From Actinomycetota bacterium (lineage in GTDB: Bacteria; Actinomycetota; Actinomycetes; S36-B12), in contig JAUSDJ010000017.1 of assembly GCA_030650795.1 (NCBI GenBank), forward strand, positions 130,699 through 194,698: DNA of 64,000 bases, read 5' to 3'. Positions 17,860 through 28,996 of the stretch are shown here, piece after piece. The translations under genes were made by a program, and so were the position numbers. Each line of letters opens with the position of its first letter. Position 1 is the first letter of the stretch. Under the pieces are notes generated by a model. The model made no database searches. It saw only the letters and a list, made by a program, of their open reading frames with translations, and had not been told where the DNA came from.

Positions 17860-18607
17860 TGCACTTCGGCTGGCGATTGGCACCTTGACCCGCTTGCCGG
17901 TTCCGGCTCCTCGCACGGTCTCTGGCTCCACTGCAGCTTGGGCAATGAGCCTTGCTCCGGTCATTGGCGCGCTACTCGCCTTGGTTTGCGGATTGCCCTT
18001 GCTGATTGACGCGAGCTCGTCGGTAACACTGCTGCTTGCGGCTAGTTCGATCGCACTCCTGGCATTCACAACTCGCGCAATCCACCTAGATGGCCTCGCC
18101 GATACTGCTGATGCGCTCGGCAGTGGCAAGCCAGCCGCACAGGCGCTCGAGATCGCTCGAAAATCCGATATCGGACCTTTCGGGGTCATCGTGCTTGTCC
18201 TGAATCTGATGCTGCAAGCCTTTGCGATTGGTGCTTGCGCCGAGGCAGGCCATGCGCTGATCGCTTTCATCGTTGCTGTCACCACTGGTCGAATCGCACT
18301 GACTTGGGCCTGCACTTCGTTCTGGCCGGCGGCCAGGACGGATGGTCTGGGCTCAGTGGTCGCGGGCAGAGTGCCACTTGCCGTGCCAATTTCCTGGGCC
18401 TTGGTGATGTGCATCGGCGCCTACCCCCTGCTGGGGATTGCGGGAGTGCTCGCAGCAGTGATCGGAATGATCGCCGCAACGGGGGTCCTCGTCATTACGC
18501 GACATCGCCTTGGTGGCGTCACCGGCGATGTGCTCGGCTGTGTCATCGAGTGCACAACGACAGCGTGCTTGATCGCGCTTGCTCTACTGCTCCCGCATTT
18601 GGGCTAG
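17852..18607 (+). CDS. cobS: adenosylcobinamide-GDP ribazoletransferase (cobalamin synthase)
   Basis: ORF 17747..18607. Start ATG 17852 (MPDALRLAIGTLTRLPVP). Motifs HLDGLADTADAL and GGVTGDVLG. 8-nt overlap with cobT. Confidence 0.9.
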   Translation: MPDALRLAIGTLTRLPVPAPRTVSGSTAAWAMSLAPVIGALLALVCGLPLLIDASSSVTLLLAASSIALLAFTTRAIHLDGLADTADALGSGKPAAQALEIARKSDIGPFGVIVLVLNLMLQAFAIGACAEAGHALIAFIVAVTTGRIALTWACTSFWPAARTDGLGSVVAGRVPLAVPISWALVMCIGAYPLLGIAGVLAAVIGMIAATGVLVITRHRLGGVTGDVLGCVIECTTTACLIALALLLPHLG

Positions 18608-18632
18608 CAGACGGTCCACATACTCCTACTGA

Positions 18633-19742
18633 TCAGCGAGTTGATGAGGCGATGAATGGCGGCTTGATCACCTGGAAGCGAATCGGCTTGCCACGAACAT
18701 CAACCAAGACGTCGTATCCCGGTTCCACATCTGCATCAAGCAGTGCCAGCGCGATGCCGCACTTCAAGCTTGGTGAAAAAGTGCCGCTCGTGATGTCACC
18801 GATGACCGGTTCCGACAACTCTGCATCGGCCAATCCATGAACGTGCATGTGTGCTCGCGGAATGCCGCGCTCAATTGACTTCAGTCCCCGTAGTTTGCGA
18901 CGAGGGCCATCGGCTCGCTGCTTGATGAGTGCTTCGCGTCCGGTGAACTCCGGCTTGTCCCAACCCACCGCCCAGGAAAGGCCCGCTTCAACAGGTGAGA
19001 TGTCGGGGGCGATGTCCTGCCCATGCAATGGATAGCCCATCTCAAGGCGCAGAGTGTCGCGCGCGCCCAGCCCAGCGGGAATCGCGCTCAGCGACCGGCC
19101 CCGCTCGAGCAGCACATCCCAAACTGAACCAAGGATGATGTTCGGAATGACCAATTCGAAGCCGAGCTCGCCCGTATAGCCGCTTCGACACACGATGATT
19201 GGTTCGCCTCGGTGGCTTGCGCTGACCATCGACATGTATTCCAGTTCGGTCGGCAAGCCGATCGTCTCGAGCAGTGCGCGACTATTCGGACCCTGCACCG
19301 CGATAATTCCGTGCGTGTCGTGATGATTCTCAATCGTGACGCCGGCCGGTGCGCTGTCAGTCAGCAATTGGACGATCGCACCTGCATTCGCAGCATTGGG
19401 CACCATGAAGATTTCGTTGTCGGCCCAGCGATAGACGATCAAGTCATCGACCACGCCACCAAATTCATTGCACAGCATCGTGTACTGAGCGCTGCCGTCG
19501 CCTATGCGATCCAGATCATTGGTGAGCACCGAATTCAGGAAGGCCAGTGCGCCATCACCGTAGATGCGGACCTTGCCCATGTGCGAGACATCGAATATCC
19601 CGACTGCGGTTCGCACCGCTTCGTGCTCGACCAGCACTCCGGTGTATTCGATCGGCATATCCCAGCCACCGAAGTCGGCCATCTTGGCACCCAACTGCAT
19701 GTGCCGACTGTGGAGCGGAGTCTCACGCAATCCTGAGTTCAC
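18633..19742 (-). CDS. gcvT: glycine cleavage system aminomethyltransferase T
   Basis: TPLHSRHMQLGAKMADFGGWDMPIEY...SRSGYTGELGFE. Confidence 0.93.
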   Translation of the reverse strand: MNSGLRETPLHSRHMQLGAKMADFGGWDMPIEYTGVLVEHEAVRTAVGIFDVSHMGKVRIYGDGALAFLNSVLTNDLDRIGDGSAQYTMLCNEFGGVVDDLIVYRWADNEIFMVPNAANAGAIVQLLTDSAPAGVTIENHHDTHGIIAVQGPNSRALLETIGLPTELEYMSMVSASHRGEPIIVCRSGYTGELGFELVIPNIILGSVWDVLLERGRSLSAIPAGLGARDTLRLEMGYPLHGQDIAPDISPVEAGLSWAVGWDKPEFTGREALIKQRADGPRRKLRGLKSIERGIPRAHMHVHGLADAELSEPVIGDITSGTFSPSLKCGIALALLDADVEPGYDVLVDVRGKPIRFQVIKPPFIASSTR

Positions 19743-19815
19743 GGCACGAAGGTACTCGTTCTGCGAAGTAACGAACGCACTGCTCGCGACAAGCAGATCG
19801 GGCTAGGGTTCCGGC

Positions 19816-21297
19816 ATGACTTTGACTGTTGCTTCCACTGCCCCCAATACAACTGCCTGCGATGCCCTGGTCATCGCGATCATGCCGGGCAAGGGCAAGT
19901 CGCTCGCCCTTGCCGCGCACGGTTTAACCGCAGCTCAAGGCAATCGAATTCTCGAATCAGCCGCCTCCGTAGGCGCTTCCGCCAAGGCTGGTGAGTTGAC
20001 GATCATCCCTTCGCCAAGCGGCTTCGCTGCCAAGAAGATCGCACTGCTCGGAATCGGCGACTTTGCCGCAACTGCCGATCTCGAGAGCTTGCGAACTGCC
20101 ATTGGCGAAGCAGTTCGGTCGCTGTCAAGCAACAGGAAGATCGCGATCGTCGCCTCTCCAAGCCACGACCATGTGCTCGCAACTGCACTTGCAGCGCAAT
20201 TGGGTGCGTACTCATTCACCAATTTCAAGGGCAAGGCGAAGCCCAAGACTGCATCGCCAAACATCGTGCTGCTCGTGACGAAGGAAGCGGTCAGCGAAAG
20301 CAAGTCCGCTATCGCCACTGCGGCAGTGCTTTCCGAATCGGTGTATCTGAGCCGTGATCTCGTCAACACTCCCCCAAATGCCTTGACCCCAAATGACCTC
20401 GCTGCTGCGGCAAAGGCTGCAGTGGCTGGATTGCCGGTCAAAGTCACGATCTGGGATGAAAAAGCCCTCAAGCGCGATGGCTGCGGCGGCATCCTGGCTG
20501 TGGGACAGGGTTCAGCCAACCCACCGCGCCTGGTGAAGATGGAGTACTCGCCAACCGGCGCCAAATCCAGTCTGGCCATTGTCGGCAAGGGCATCACCTT
20601 TGACACCGGCGGCATCTCCATCAAGCCCGCTGCTGGCATGGATGAGATGAAGGGCGACATGGGAGGCGCAGCGGCCGTCATCGGCGCAATGCAAGCCATC
20701 GCAAAGCTCGGCATCAAGGTCAAGGTCACTGGCTGGGTCCCAACGGCAGAGAACATGCCCAGCGGCACCGCCCAGCGTCCAGGCGATGTCATCACGATGT
20801 TTGACGGCACGACTGTCGAGGTACTCAATACCGACGCCGAGGGTCGCCTCGTGCTCGCTGATGCCCTCGGCATGGCTGTGTTGGAGAAGCCAGATCTGCT
20901 CATCGACGTAGCCACGCTCACGGGAGCGCAGCGCATTGCCCTGGGCACGCGCACAGCAGGCGTGATGGCCAACAGCGATGACGCACGTTCACTCGTGTGC
21001 GCCGCAGCGCAGGAGGCCGGTGAAGCGGCCTGGCCGATGCCACTGCCGGAGTACCTTCGCGCATCAATTGACTCCCCCACCGCTGATATCGCCAACATCG
21101 GCGACCGCCTCGGTGGCATGCTCTCCGCCGGCATCTTCCTCAAGGAATTCATTCCCGACGGTCAGCCCTGGGTGCATATCGACATCGCCGGACCCTCGTT
21201 CAACGACAAGAGCCCCTATGGCTATACGCCAAAGGGCGGTACGGGCTCAACAGTGCGCACCTTCGTTCAGGTAGCTAGGACGCTTGCGGCAAGATAG
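19816..21297 (+). CDS. pepA: leucyl aminopeptidase (M17)
   Basis: VGKGITFDTGGISIKP...NTDAEGRLVLADAL. Confidence 0.92.
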   Translation: MTLTVASTAPNTTACDALVIAIMPGKGKSLALAAHGLTAAQGNRILESAASVGASAKAGELTIIPSPSGFAAKKIALLGIGDFAATADLESLRTAIGEAVRSLSSNRKIAIVASPSHDHVLATALAAQLGAYSFTNFKGKAKPKTASPNIVLLVTKEAVSESKSAIATAAVLSESVYLSRDLVNTPPNALTPNDLAAAAKAAVAGLPVKVTIWDEKALKRDGCGGILAVGQGSANPPRLVKMEYSPTGAKSSLAIVGKGITFDTGGISIKPAAGMDEMKGDMGGAAAVIGAMQAIAKLGIKVKVTGWVPTAENMPSGTAQRPGDVITMFDGTTVEVLNTDAEGRLVLADALGMAVLEKPDLLIDVATLTGAQRIALGTRTAGVMANSDDARSLVCAAAQEAGEAAWPMPLPEYLRASIDSPTADIANIGDRLGGMLSAGIFLKEFIPDGQPWVHIDIAGPSFNDKSPYGYTPKGGTGSTVRTFVQVARTLAAR

Positions 21298-21352
21298 GCA
21301 GGAGAAATCATCGGCCGAGTAGACGCTCGGCTCAAGATCGCTGGCGGGAGTT

Positions 21353-22723
21353 TTGGTGGCAGACGCTGACCTGGTCATCCTCGGTGGAGGCAGTGGCGGC
21401 TATGCCGCCGCTCTCCGTGCATCCGAACTAGGCAAGAGCGTCATCCTTATCGACAAGGACAAGCTTGGCGGCACCTGCCTGCATCGCGGCTGCATCCCGA
21501 CCAAGGCGCTTCTTCACGCTGCGGAGGTGGCTGATTCTGCGCGCGAGAGCGAGCAGTTCGGCGTCAACGCGACCCTGCATGGCATCGACATGAAGAAGGT
21601 CAACGACTATCGCGATGGTGTTGTTGCGCGCTTGTACAAAGGCCTGCAAGGACTCGTGAAGAGCCGCAATGTGACCTTCGTGGAAGGTGCCGGCCGACTC
21701 GTTGGCCCCAAGACTGTTGAAGTCAATGGACAGCAGTACACCGGAGAGCATCTGATCCTGGCAACCGGCTCGTATGCCCGATCAATCCCTGGCTTGGACA
21801 TCGGCGGACGCATCATGACTTCTGATCAAGCGCTCACCCTTGATTACATCCCCGAGCGCGTCATCGTGCTCGGGGGTGGAGTGATCGGTGTTGAGTTTGC
21901 AAGCGTCTGGAAGTCGTTCGGCTCTGAAGTCACCATCGTCGAGGGCTTGCCGCATCTCGTTCCAAATGAGGACGAGGCAGTTTCCAAGCAGCTTGAGCGC
22001 GCATTCCGCAAGCGCGGCATCAACTTCTCCCTCGGCATCCTTTTTGCCTCAGCCACTCAGGATGACTCCGGAGTGCACGTCACTCTTGAAGACGGCAAGA
22101 CCATAGATGCAGATCTCCTACTGGTGGCCGTGGGTCGTGGGCCGAATGCATCCGGCATGGGCTTTGAGGAACAAGGCGTTGCGATGGACCGCGGTTGGGT
22201 GCTGGTCGACGAACGACTGAACACGAATGTTCCAGGTGTCTTCGCTGTTGGCGACATCACGCCGGGTCTGCAGCTTGCTCATCGTGGCTTCCAACACGGG
22301 ATCTTCGTTGCTGAAGAAATCGCTGGGCTTCGTCCAATGGTGATCGCCGACGTCAACATCCCGAAGGTCACGTACTGCGAACCCGAGGTCGCCAGTGTTG
22401 GTCTGACCGAGGCCCAAGCTCGCGCAGAACATGGTGACAATGTCGCGACCTACGAGTACAACCTCGGCGGCAATGGCAAGAGTCAGATCCTTGGCACTGC
22501 CGGATTCATCAAGCTGGTACAGGTCAAAGAAGGACCAGTTGTCGGTATTCACATGGTCGGCTCACGCATGGGAGAACAGATCGGCGAGGCACAGTTGATC
22601 GTGAACTGGGAAGCGCATCCAGAAGATGTGGCTCGTCTGATTCACGCGCACCCCACGCAAAATGAAGCTATGGGCGAGGCACACCTTGCTCTCGCTGGAA
22701 AACCGCTACACGCACACGCCTGA
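21353..22723 (+). CDS. lpdA: dihydrolipoyl dehydrogenase (E3)
   Basis: [12 protein letters not shown], redox disulfide [14 protein letters not shown]-terminal HAHPTQNEA. Confidence 0.93.
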   Translation: MVADADLVILGGGSGGYAAALRASELGKSVILIDKDKLGGTCLHRGCIPTKALLHAAEVADSARESEQFGVNATLHGIDMKKVNDYRDGVVARLYKGLQGLVKSRNVTFVEGAGRLVGPKTVEVNGQQYTGEHLILATGSYARSIPGLDIGGRIMTSDQALTLDYIPERVIVLGGGVIGVEFASVWKSFGSEVTIVEGLPHLVPNEDEAVSKQLERAFRKRGINFSLGILFASATQDDSGVHVTLEDGKTIDADLLLVAVGRGPNASGMGFEEQGVAMDRGWVLVDERLNTNVPGVFAVGDITPGLQLAHRGFQHGIFVAEEIAGLRPMVIADVNIPKVTYCEPEVASVGLTEAQARAEHGDNVATYEYNLGGNGKSQILGTAGFIKLVQVKEGPVVGIHMVGSRMGEQIGEAQLIVNWEAHPEDVARLIHAHPTQNEAMGEAHLALAGKPLHAHA

Positions 22724-22772
22724 CACACAACCAGATCCGCGATCCGGATCTTCGAAAGGGAGTCGAGTTCAC

Positions 22773-24521
22773 ATGTCGGTCTCAGTCACGATGCCACAGC
22801 TCGGTGAGAGCGTCACCGAAGGAACCGTCACTCGATGGTTGAAGCAGGTGGGCGACACCATCACGGCCGACGAGCCGCTGCTTGAGATCTCGACCGACAA
22901 GGTCGACACCGAGATTCCGGCGCCGGCTTCGGGGGTGCTGCTTGCAATCAGTGCCGCCGAGGACGAGACCGTGCTGGTCGGGGCAGAACTTGGCGTGATC
23001 GGCGCCGCGGACGAGGCCGGTGCCTCCCCGGCTGCGCCCGCTGCACCAGCGCCGGTGGCCGCACCTGAACCAGTAGCCGCTGTTGCCGAGCCGATTGCAG
23101 CGGCACCCGTCCCAGAAGCGCCAATCCCCAGCCCGGCAACGCCGTCTCTCGCAGCTCCTGCCGCAAGCGGTGCGACGGTCAACGTCCTGCTTCCACAACT
23201 TGGCGAAAGCGTCACTGAAGGAACAGTGACCCGCTGGTTGAAGCAGCTTGGCGAAGCCGTCACCGTCGACGAGCCGCTCGTGGAAATCTCCACCGACAAG
23301 GTCGATACCGAACTTCCCTCCCCTGCAACTGGCGTGCTCCTGTCGATTCTCGTAGCCGAAGATGCAACAGCAGAAGTCGGCGCAGTCTTGGGCCTCATCG
23401 GCTCTGCGGACTCGGCGGTGGCTCCTGCTGCGGCTCCCGCAGCACCCGCGCCCGCTGCGACTGTTGCTCCTCCTGCACCTGCGCCAGTTCCAACTCCGGT
23501 TCCAGCTCCAGTGCCCGTTACGGCGGTGCCGGCCCCAGCGGCACCGGTGCCTGTTCCAGTTCCCGTTCCCGCAGCGCTCCCGGCAGCAGCTTCATCTGAT
23601 GGGGAGTCCTATGTGACTCCACTGGTTCGTCGACTTGCGACTCAAAACGGGGTTGACCTCTCATCTGTGGTCGGCACTGGCATCGGCGGCCGGATTCGCA
23701 AGCAGGATGTGCTCGCAGTTGCCGAGGCCAACCCAGCGACACCGGCGACTTCGTCTTCAGCACCAAGTGCGGTTGCAAATACGGCTAGCCCGTCTCCACT
23801 GCGCGGTCACACCGAAAAGATCTCTCGCTTGCGCCGAGTAATTGCCGAGCGCATGGTCGAGTCACTCCACGTTTCTGCACAACTGACCACAGTGCTCGAG
23901 GTCGATGTCACGGCGATCGCGAAATTGCGCAGTCGCGTCAAGGATGACTTCGAAGCCCGCGAAGGAGTCAAGCTCACCTACCTGCCCTTCATCAGCAAGG
24001 CAGCAGTTGAAGCCTTGAAACAATTTCCGATGGTCAACGCTTCCATCGACATGGCCGAGGGCACGATCACGTATCACGATTCCGAGAATCTCGGAATCGC
24101 CGTTGACACTGATCGCGGCCTGCTCGTGCCGGTGATCCGCAATGCTGGCGATCTCAACATCGCCGGACTCTCACGCAGCATCGCCGATCTTGCTGAGCGC
24201 ACTCGCCAGAGCAAGGTCCTACCTGATGAACTCAGTGGGGGCACATTCACCATCACAAACACCGGCAGTCGCGGTGCTCTGTTCGACACACCAATCATCA
24301 ACCAGCCCCAGGTCGCGATCCTTGGCACTGGAGCCATCGTCAAGCGCCCTGTGGTCGTCCCTGACAACACTGGCCAGGAAGTCATCGCCATTCGATCGAT
24401 GATGTACCTCTCCCTGTCCTATGACCATCGCCTCGTCGATGGCGCGGATGCCGCTCGATTCCTGGTCGCTATGAAGGCTCGCCTGGAAGAGGCCTCCTTC
24501 GGGGGCGAACTCGGGCTATAG
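22773..24521 (+). CDS. sucB: dihydrolipoamide acyl(succinyl)transferase E2, two lipoyl domains
   Basis: ORF 22662..24521. Start ATG 22773 after GAAAGGGAG. Lipoyl motif [10 protein letters not shown] occurs twice, with Ala/Pro linkers. [21 protein letters not shown]. Catalytic SYDHRLVDG. Confidence 0.93.
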   Translation: MSVSVTMPQLGESVTEGTVTRWLKQVGDTITADEPLLEISTDKVDTEIPAPASGVLLAISAAEDETVLVGAELGVIGAADEAGASPAAPAAPAPVAAPEPVAAVAEPIAAAPVPEAPIPSPATPSLAAPAASGATVNVLLPQLGESVTEGTVTRWLKQLGEAVTVDEPLVEISTDKVDTELPSPATGVLLSILVAEDATAEVGAVLGLIGSADSAVAPAAAPAAPAPAATVAPPAPAPVPTPVPAPVPVTAVPAPAAPVPVPVPVPAALPAAASSDGESYVTPLVRRLATQNGVDLSSVVGTGIGGRIRKQDVLAVAEANPATPATSSSAPSAVANTASPSPLRGHTEKISRLRRVIAERMVESLHVSAQLTTVLEVDVTAIAKLRSRVKDDFEAREGVKLTYLPFISKAAVEALKQFPMVNASIDMAEGTITYHDSENLGIAVDTDRGLLVPVIRNAGDLNIAGLSRSIADLAERTRQSKVLPDELSGGTFTITNTGSRGALFDTPIINQPQVAILGTGAIVKRPVVVPDNTGQEVIAIRSMMYLSLSYDHRLVDGADAARFLVAMKARLEEASFGGELGL

Positions 24522-24525
24522 CCCA

Positions 24526-25422
24526 ATGAGAGTTGCGGTCACCGGGTCTACCGGGCTCATCGGAACTGCGCTCATCGCACAACTGCGCCTTGATGGTCAC
24601 GAGGTCAGCCGCCTCGTGCGCAGAGCAGCCACTTCGCCCGACGAGATCACTTGGGATCCCATTGCGGGAACGGTCGATCTCAGTGCCCTCCAAGGCACCG
24701 AAGCTGTCGTTCACCTAGCTGGAGCTGGGGTTGGGGATCATCGATGGTCGGATGCCTATAAGGCGGAGATTCTGAACAGTCGGGTACTCGGCACCCAGAC
24801 CATTGCAAGAGCGATGACTCAATTGGATACGTCGCCTGCTGTGCTCGTCTCCGGTTCGGCCGTCGGCTGGTATGGAGATACCGGCGGACAACTCGTCGAC
24901 GAACAAGCACCCGCAGGCGAAGGCTTTCTGGCCGGTGTCGTCCAGGCGTGGGAGGAAGCAACTTCGGGCGCCAGCGATGCAGGCATCCGAGTCGTGCGAG
25001 CACGCACTGGTCTTGTCGTCGCGCGCGACGGCGGCGCTTGGGCTCGCATGTTTCCGCTCTTTCGATTTGGCGTTGGCGGAAAGCTTGGATCAGGCAGTCA
25101 GTACTGGTCCTGGATCTCGCTGCGCGATGAGATTGCGGCATTGAGTCTTTGCATGACCAACCCGTCTATTTCGGGCGCAGTCAACCTGACTGGACCAAAC
25201 GCAGTGACCAATAGCGAGGCCACTGCTGCAATGGGTCGGGTGATGGGCCGCCCAACCTTGCTTCCGGTGCCCTCAGCGGCCTTAAAAATCGTGCTAGGCG
25301 AGTTCTCCACTGAAGTCCTGGGAAGCATTCGCGTTGCACCCGCGGTCTTGCAGTCGACCGGATTCACCTGGGCTGACACCACCATCGAATCAGCGATCAG
25401 CACCGCTTGGCGGAAGCCTTGA
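24526..25422 (+). CDS. TIGR01777-type NAD-dependent epimerase-family protein (Rv2216-like)
   Basis: MRVAVTGSTGLIGTAL Rossmann fold. Same position after E2 as Rv2216. Confidence 0.8.
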   Translation: MRVAVTGSTGLIGTALIAQLRLDGHEVSRLVRRAATSPDEITWDPIAGTVDLSALQGTEAVVHLAGAGVGDHRWSDAYKAEILNSRVLGTQTIARAMTQLDTSPAVLVSGSAVGWYGDTGGQLVDEQAPAGEGFLAGVVQAWEEATSGASDAGIRVVRARTGLVVARDGGAWARMFPLFRFGVGGKLGSGSQYWSWISLRDEIAALSLCMTNPSISGAVNLTGPNAVTNSEATAAMGRVMGRPTLLPVPSAALKIVLGEFSTEVLGSIRVAPAVLQSTGFTWADTTIESAISTAWRKP

Positions 25423-26669
25423 GCGCTGACGTCGTCATCGTTGGCGCGGGTCTGGCCGGACTCGCAGCTGCCCGTCAACTGTGTCTTGCTGGCGTCGAAG
25501 TGCTGGTACTGGAAGCAGGCGATCAGGTGGGTGGTCGAGTTCGCACAGATTTCGTCGACGGGCTGCAACTGGATCGCGGTTTCCAGGTGTACAACCCTGC
25601 CTATCCAGAAGCAGCAAGGATCCTTGATCATGCCCAACTACGGCTCCGCCCCTTGGCACCCGGCTTGGGGATCCGCCTCGGCAACGGCCGCCTTCTGCGC
25701 CTGGGTGACCCTCGTAGAAGACTGACTTGGGGGCTGCGGGCGCTCGGGCCGGCCAGCGGATCACCGGTGGCCAAGGCACGTCTGGCCCGCTACATCCTGC
25801 ACATTGCTCGTGAATCGCCGACCATCCGTTTGAACGAACCAGATGTCAGCGCGCATGAAGCTCTGACTCAAGCCGGCATCAGCGAAGGGCTTATCGAGCA
25901 GATCCTCGCGCCTTTCCTCACCGGCGTATTCCTCGAGCAAGAATTGGCAACCTCGCGTCGATTCATGGATCTGGCTCTCTTATCGTTCGTGCACGGCAGG
26001 CCATCGTTGCCAGCCAAGGGAATGCAGGCCATCCCCGAGCAGATCCACGCAGCACTGCCATCAGGCACGGTTCGGCTCAATTCTGCAGTTGCCAAGATCA
26101 ACAACAAGTCCGTCATTACGGCTGACGACTCTCGCATTCGCGCCAAACTCGCGATCTTGGCAACTGATCCTTTATCGGCCCAAGCCCTTGCTCCAGGGCT
26201 GCGCGTGCCACTTGGGCGAGCAGTGACCACTTGGTATCACCTTGCTGATCTTCCCTCGCAGCAGCTGACGGCGGGCTTCCCGCTGCTGCTGGTCGATGGT
26301 TCGACAAGTGGCCCAGTCATCAACAGCGTCGCTCTCACCAACGCAGCAGCTTCCTATGCATCCGAGAACCGGGTGCTGATCTCGTCATCGACACTCGGCT
26401 TGGACACCAGCGCAGAAGCGGAGACAGCAGTGCGAACGCATCTCTCGAAGCTCTACGCCGTGCCGACATCGGCTTGGGAGCTGGTGGCGGTGTACCCGAT
26501 TCCCTACGCACTGCCGGCCATGGAACCACCATTCGTTGTAAGCAAGCCTGTTGAACATGGGGGCTTGCTTCTTGCCGGAGACCATCGAGAAACGGGATCA
26601 ATTCAAGGTGCCCTCGTCAGCGGACGCCGGGCCGCTCATCGCGCACTTGAGTTACTGGACTTACGATGA
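25407..26669 (+). CDS. FAD/NAD(P)-dependent oxidoreductase (amine-oxidase / desaturase-like)
   Basis: [18 protein letters not shown]...[12 protein letters not shown] dinucleotide-binding motif. C-terminal [16 protein letters not shown]. Its stop overlaps the lipB start (ATGA). The start may be TTG 25419. Confidence 0.8.
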   Translation: MAEALSADVVIVGAGLAGLAAARQLCLAGVEVLVLEAGDQVGGRVRTDFVDGLQLDRGFQVYNPAYPEAARILDHAQLRLRPLAPGLGIRLGNGRLLRLGDPRRRLTWGLRALGPASGSPVAKARLARYILHIARESPTIRLNEPDVSAHEALTQAGISEGLIEQILAPFLTGVFLEQELATSRRFMDLALLSFVHGRPSLPAKGMQAIPEQIHAALPSGTVRLNSAVAKINNKSVITADDSRIRAKLAILATDPLSAQALAPGLRVPLGRAVTTWYHLADLPSQQLTAGFPLLLVDGSTSGPVINSVALTNAAASYASENRVLISSSTLGLDTSAEAETAVRTHLSKLYAVPTSAWELVAVYPIPYALPAMEPPFVVSKPVEHGGLLLAGDHRETGSIQGALVSGRRAAHRALELLDLR

Positions 26670-27334
26670 CCGCTGTGCAGATCACCTCGCTAATGCAGGT
26701 CAGGCATCTTGGATTTGGCCCCAATGCGGTCGAATACTCCGCAACTTGGGAACTCCAGCGCCAGATCCACGCAGCAGTGGTCAGTGGCCAAACTCCCGAC
26801 ACCCTGCTGCTTCTCGAACATCGATCGGTCTATACAGCAGGACGTCGCACCGAAGCATTTGAACGCCCCATTGACTCCACACCTGTCGTTGATGTCGATC
26901 GAGGCGGCAAGATCACCTGGCATGGTCCGGGCCAGCTTGTTGGCTATCCCATCCTTCGTCTTGGCAGCCCTGTTGATGTCATCGCGCACGTGCGTCGACT
27001 CGAGCGCATGCTTGCCGATGTGTGTCGCGAGTTCGGGCTTGATGCGCAACAAGTGAAGGGCCGCAGTGGCGTCTGGATCACTCCAAGGCAAGGCGGGTCA
27101 GAGCGCAAGGTCGCAGCGATAGGCATCCGCGTTGCAGAAGGCGTGACGATGCATGGCTTCGCGCTGAATTGCAATTGCGATCTGTCGGCCTTTGATCGGA
27201 TCGTCCCGTGCGGCATCAGTGATGCCGAAGTTACCTCGCTCAGCAATGAACTTGGCCGCAATGTCAGCGTCGAAGAGATAGTGCCTTTAGTTGAAGAACG
27301 CATGCACATGATCCTCCCGGGGTATGCCGCATGA
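26666..27334 (+). CDS. lipB: lipoyl(octanoyl) transferase
   Basis: [18 protein letters not shown]...KVAAIGIRV...PCGI. Confidence 0.92.
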   Translation: MTAVQITSLMQVRHLGFGPNAVEYSATWELQRQIHAAVVSGQTPDTLLLLEHRSVYTAGRRTEAFERPIDSTPVVDVDRGGKITWHGPGQLVGYPILRLGSPVDVIAHVRRLERMLADVCREFGLDAQQVKGRSGVWITPRQGGSERKVAAIGIRVAEGVTMHGFALNCNCDLSAFDRIVPCGISDAEVTSLSNELGRNVSVEEIVPLVEERMHMILPGYAA

Positions 27335-28272
27335 GTGCTGATCCAGTATTCGCAGGCACGTCGAACGAGGGTCGTCGGCTCCTGCGCATTGAAGCCCGCA
27401 ACGCTGAAGTGCCGATCGAGCGCAAGCCGAGTTGGATCCGCACCAAACTGCGCACCGGTCCGGAGTACACGCAGATTCGGGATTTGGTGAAACGAGAAGG
27501 CCTGCACACGGTTTGCCAGGAGGCCGGCTGCCCCAATATCTATGAGTGCTGGGAGGATCGCGAGGCAACCTTCCTCATCGGAGGCGAGCAGTGCACCCGA
27601 CGTTGCGACTTCTGCCAGATTCACACCGGCAAACCGCTACCGCTTGATCGTGATGAACCGCGTCGTGTTGCCGAATCAGTTCAGTCGATGCAATTGCGAT
27701 ACGCAACCGTCACCGGCGTCACGCGAGATGATCTCGACGATGAGGGCGCTTGGCTGTGGGCCGAAACCATTCGTCAAATTCGGGCACTGAATCCGAGCAC
27801 TGGCATCGAAGTGCTGATCCCAGATTTCTCGGGCAAGCCAGCGCTGCTTGCCGAGGTCTTTTCGCAAAGTCCAGAGGTGCTGGCCCACAATCTTGAAACA
27901 GTGCCTCGCATCTTCAAGCGAATCCGTCCCGCCTTCGATTACGTGCGCAGTCTGGACGTCATCAGTCAGGCCCGCGCCGCGGGATTGGTAACGAAGAGCA
28001 ATCTCATTCTTGGACTGGGCGAAGAGATCCTAGAGATCGAGCAAGCACTTCGTGATCTCCACTTGGCCGGCTGCGAGCTGGTGACCATCACCCAATACCT
28101 GCGACCTTCCAGCGTGCATCACCCGGTCGAACGCTGGGTGCGTCCAGAGGAGTTTGTCGAGTTCGAGGCCCTTGCCACCTCGATCGGATTCGCGGGTGTG
28201 CTGAGCGGTCCGCTTGTGCGATCAAGCTACCGAGCTGGCCGGCTATACGAGCAAGCCATGGCCGCCCGCTAA
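27331..28272 (+). CDS. lipA: lipoyl synthase (radical SAM)
   Basis: [13 protein letters not shown] and [10 protein letters not shown] clusters. ATGA overlap with lipB. Confidence 0.95.
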   Translation: MSADPVFAGTSNEGRRLLRIEARNAEVPIERKPSWIRTKLRTGPEYTQIRDLVKREGLHTVCQEAGCPNIYECWEDREATFLIGGEQCTRRCDFCQIHTGKPLPLDRDEPRRVAESVQSMQLRYATVTGVTRDDLDDEGAWLWAETIRQIRALNPSTGIEVLIPDFSGKPALLAEVFSQSPEVLAHNLETVPRIFKRIRPAFDYVRSLDVISQARAAGLVTKSNLILGLGEEILEIEQALRDLHLAGCELVTITQYLRPSSVHHPVERWVRPEEFVEFEALATSIGFAGVLSGPLVRSSYRAGRLYEQAMAAR

Positions 28273-28309
28273 GTCCGGGCTCCCTCAGCGACCAATACGA
28301 TCAGGCCTC

Positions 28310-28987
28310 ATGTTCAAGAGAATTCGCCAATCCTTCTCAACGATTGCCCAGAACTGGTCGATGGCTCAAAAGGTCCACCGGCTATTGGCCTTGGAAATTG
28401 CCGGGTTCTTCATCGCTGGTGCAGTCGTCGTCGGGGTGCCGATTGCCTACTTCCTCAACCTGCCAACAGCCATCCTGCTTGCCATTCCGGCCGGTTCTGT
28501 CGCCGGCGTGTTCTGGTTCAGCCGACGCGCAATGTCCGCGGCATACTCTTCCATCGAAGGTCAGCCCGGCGCCGCTGCTGCAGTTGTTCAAAACCTCCGC
28601 GGAGGCTGGCAGGTGACCCCTGGCGTTGCGGTGAACAAGAACCAAGACCTCATCAGCCGGGTGGTAGGCAAGCCCGGCGTGATTCTGATTTCTGAAGGCC
28701 CCAGCAGCCGAGTGATTCCGATGCTGGCTGCAGAGCGGCGCAAGACCGCGCGATGGGTGCCAGATATTCCTATCTACGAACTGCAGGTTGGCGATGAGAC
28801 AGGCCAAATCAAACTGTCAAAGTTGCAGCGCTCCTTGACCAAGCTTCCCCGCAACCTGCGGGGCGGCGAGATCACTGAAATGCGACGTCGCCTCGACGCG
28901 GTAAGTCAGGTCGGCGGCGGACTACCTGTGCCCAAAGGCCCCATGCCCACCAGTGCCCGACAGGTTCGCCGGCGCCGGGGCGCCTAG
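28310..28987 (+). CDS. DUF4191-type membrane protein (Rv2219-like)
   Basis: ORF 28214..28987. Start ATG 28310 (MFKRIRQSFSTIAQNW...). Two TM helices. Conserved position after lipA. Confidence 0.75.
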   Translation: MFKRIRQSFSTIAQNWSMAQKVHRLLALEIAGFFIAGAVVVGVPIAYFLNLPTAILLAIPAGSVAGVFWFSRRAMSAAYSSIEGQPGAAAAVVQNLRGGWQVTPGVAVNKNQDLISRVVGKPGVILISEGPSSRVIPMLAAERRKTARWVPDIPIYELQVGDETGQIKLSKLQRSLTKLPRNLRGGEITEMRRRLDAVSQVGGGLPVPKGPMPTSARQVRRRRGA

Positions 28988-28996
28988 TTCACTGGT

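Noticed and set aside
19743-19815. Possible glycine riboswitch upstream of gcvT
   Set aside because: Only 73 nt of intergenic space is shared with the divergent pepA gene, and I could find no GGAGAG...CACCG-type glycine aptamer core on the minus strand.
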